Part shown: positions 60,801 to 64,000 of the stretch, piece by piece
How the letters are laid out: every line of letters begins with the position of its first letter
Numbering within the stretch: the stretch's first letter is position 1
Assembly (NCBI GenBank): GCA_965153355.1
Contig: OZ231126.1
Location: forward strand, 2,604,001-2,668,000
From: Flaccisagitta enflata
Lineage: Eukaryota
DNA length: 64,000 bases
Reading direction: 5' to 3'
Program-made: the position numbers and the translations under genes
The notes under the pieces: model-generated
The model's database searches: none
The model's input: only the letters and a program-made list of their open reading frames with translations
What the model was told of the DNA's origin: nothing

Positions 60801-63800
60801 AAGAACTACTCTGGATAACTGAAGTGATCTGAGAAGTATAAGTAACTGAGTCTATGGGAATATTCATCCATATATGTTGTGTCAATTAAAATTCCCATTG
60901 ACTCATAGTGTGTGACTACCTTCAGAATACAGAATGATAGAGGGAGATGTAACTAAGAACTACTCTGGATAACTGAAGTGATCTGAGGAGTATAAGTGAC
61001 TGAGTCTATGTGAATATTCATCCCTTTATTTTGTGTCAATTAATAGTCCCATTGACTCATAGTGTGTGACTACCTTCAGAATACAGAATGATAGATGAAG
61101 ATTGAACTAAGAACTACTCTGGATAACTGAAGTGATCTGAGGAGTATAAGTGACTGAGTCTATGTGAATATTCATCCATTTATGTGATGTCAATTAATAG
61201 TCCCATTGACTCTTAGCGTGTGACTACCTTCAGAATACAGAATGATAGATGAAGATTGAACTAAGAACTACTCTGGATAACTGAAGTGATCTTAGGAGTA
61301 TAAGTGACTGAGTCTATGTGAATATTCATCCATATATGTTGTGTCAATTAATACTCCCATTGACTCATAGTGTGTGACTTCCTTCAGAATACAGAATGAT
61401 AGATGAAGATTGAACTAAGAACTACTCTGGATAACTGAAGTGATCTTAGGAGTATAAGTGACTGAGCCTATGTGAATATTCATCCATATATGTGTGTGTC
61501 AATTAATACTCCCATTGACTCAAAGTATGTGACTACCTTCAGAATACAGAATGATAGATGAAGATTGAACTAAGAACCACTCTGGATAACTGAAGTGTTC
61601 TTAGGAGTTTAAGTGACTGAGTCTCTGTGAATATTCATCCATATATGTTGTGTCAATTAATATTCCCATTGACTCAAAGAGTGTGACTACCTTCAGAATA
61701 CAGAATGATAGATGAAGATTGAACTAAGAACTACTCTGGATAACTGAAGTGATCTGAGGAGTATAAGTGACTGAGTCTATGTGAATATTCATCCATTTAT
61801 GTTGTGTCAATTAATAGTCCCATTGACTCATAGTTTGTGACTACCTTCAGAATACAGAATGATAGATGAAGATTGAACTAAGAACTACTCTGGATAACTG
61901 AAGTGATCTGAGGAGTATAAGTGACTGAGTCTATGTGAATATTCATCCATTTATGTCATGTCAATTAATATTCCCATTGACTCATAGTGTGTGACTAGCT
62001 TCAGAATACAGAATGATAGATGAAGATTGAACTAAGAACTACTCTGGATAACTGAAGTGATCTGAGGAGTATAAGTGACTGAGTCTATGTGAATATTCAT
62101 CCATTTATGTTGTGTCAATTAATAGTCCCATTGACTCATAGTGTGTGACTACCTTCAGAATACAGAATGATAGATGAAGATTGAACTAAGAACTACTCTG
62201 GATAACTGAAGTGATCTGAGGAGTATAAGTGACTGAGTCTATGTGAATATTCATCCATATATGTTGTGTCAATTAATACTCCCATTGACTCATAGTGTGT
62301 GACTACCTTCAGAATACAGAGTGATAGATGAAGATTGAACTAAGAACTACTCTGGATAATTGAAGTAATCTGAGGAGTATAAGTGACTGAGTCTATGGGA
62401 ATATTCATCCATATATGTTGTGTCAATTAATACTCCCATTGACTCATAGTGTGTGACTACCTTCAGAATACAGAATGATAGATGGAGATGTAACTAAGAA
62501 CTACTCTGGATAACTGAAGTGATCTGAGGAGTATAAGTGACTGAGTCTATTTGAATATTCATCCATTTATTTTGTGTCAATTAATAGTCCCATTGACTCA
62601 TAGTGTGTGACTACCTTCAGAATACAGAATGATAGATGAAGATTGAACTAAGAACTACTCTGGATAACTGAAGTGATCTGAGGAGTATAAGTGACTGAGT
62701 CTATGTGAATATTCATCCATTTATGTTGTGTCAATTAATAGTCCCATTGACTCATAGTGTGTGACTACCTTCAGAATACAGAATGATAGATGAAGATTGA
62801 ACTAAGAACTACTCTGGATAACTGAAGTGATCTGAGGAGTATAAGTGACTGAGTCTATGTGAATATTCATCCATATATGTTGTGTCAATTAATACTCCCA
62901 TTGACTCATAGTGTGTGACTACCTTCAGAATACAGAATGATAGATGAAGATTGAATTAAGATCTTCTCTGGATAACTGAAGTGATCTTAGGAGTATTAGT
63001 GACTGAGTCTATGTGAATATTCATCCATATATGTGTGTGTCAATTAATACTCCCATTGACTCAAAGTGTGTGACTACCTTCAGAATACAGAATGATAGAT
63101 GAAGATTGAACTAAGAACCACTCTGGATAACTGAAGTGATCTTAGGAGTGTAAGTGACTGAGTCTATGTGAATATTCATCCATTTATGTGTGTGTCAATT
63201 AATACTCCCATTGACTCAAAGTGTGTGACTACCTTCAGAGTACAGAATGATAAATGAAGATTGAACTAAGAACTACTCTGGATAATTGAAGAAATCTGAG
63301 GAGTATAAGTGACTGAGTTTATGTGAATATTCATTCATATATGTGTGTGTCAATTAATACTCCCATTGACTCAAAGTGTGTGACTACCTTTGGAATACAG
63401 AATGATAGATGAAGATTGAACTAAGAACCACTCTGGATAACAGAAGTGATCTTAGGAGTGTAAGTGACTGAGTCTATGTGAATATTCATCCATATATGTT
63501 GTGTCAATTAATATTCCCATTGACTCAAAGTGGGTGACTACCTTCAGAATACAGAATGATAGATGAAGATGGAACTAAGAACTACTCTGGATAACTGAAG
63601 TGATCTGAGAAGTATAAGTGACTGAGTCTATGTGAATATTCATCCATATACGTTGTGTCAATTAATATTCCCATTGACTCATAGTGTGTGACTACCTTCA
63701 GAATACAGAATGATAGATGAAGATTGAACTAAGAACTACTTTGGATAACTGAAGTGATCTGAGGAGTATAAGTGACTGAGTCCATATGAATATTCATCCA

Positions 63801-64000
63801 TATATGTTGTGTCAATTAATACATCTATTGACTCAAAGTGTGTGACTACCTTCAGAATACAGAATGATAGATGAAGATTGAACTAAGAACTACTCTGGAT
63901 AACTGAAGTGATCTGAGGAGTATAAGTGACTGAGTCTATGTGAATATTCATCCATTTATGTTGTGTCAATTAATAGTCCCATTGACTCAAAGTGTGTGAC
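57830..64000. repeat. 154-bp AT-rich satellite, about 40 units, running off the window end
   Basis: gactaccttcagaat at 57987, 58141, 58295, ... (period 154). Confidence 0.97.

Noticed and set aside
57830-64000. CRISPR-like regular array
   Set aside because: Whole monomers repeat with no unique spacers, there are no cas genes, and the context is eukaryotic.

Overview
Repeat-rich eukaryotic (animal-like) genomic DNA, not prokaryotic. The only convincing protein-coding signal is one minus-strand, multi-exon gene that I reconstructed by hand from GT-AG splice sites. It has 16 exons (39598 down to 5031, 3209 nt, about 1069 codons, open frame, incomplete at both ends) and encodes a matrilin-like extracellular protein built from at least five tandem (EGF-vWA) modules with intact MIDAS residues. 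Each module uses an ancestral 3-exon cassette (phase 0-0, 0-2, 2-0). Three modules carry an extra intron at three different private positions. One exon is present twice in a microsatellite-bounded 1.5-kb duplication, and another has three partial copies. Introns and flanks are filled with MITEs (CAC-ended palindromic, piggyBac-like, Tc1/mariner-like, hAT with 8-bp TSD), Helentron/HINE-like elements, a tRNA-derived SINE head and microsatellites. There is also an inverted ~523-bp satellite (1-3556) and a >23-kb run of satellites (21, 9-14, ~393, 23 and 154 bp) from 40255 to the window end. Most long ORFs in the supplied track are repeat artefacts.
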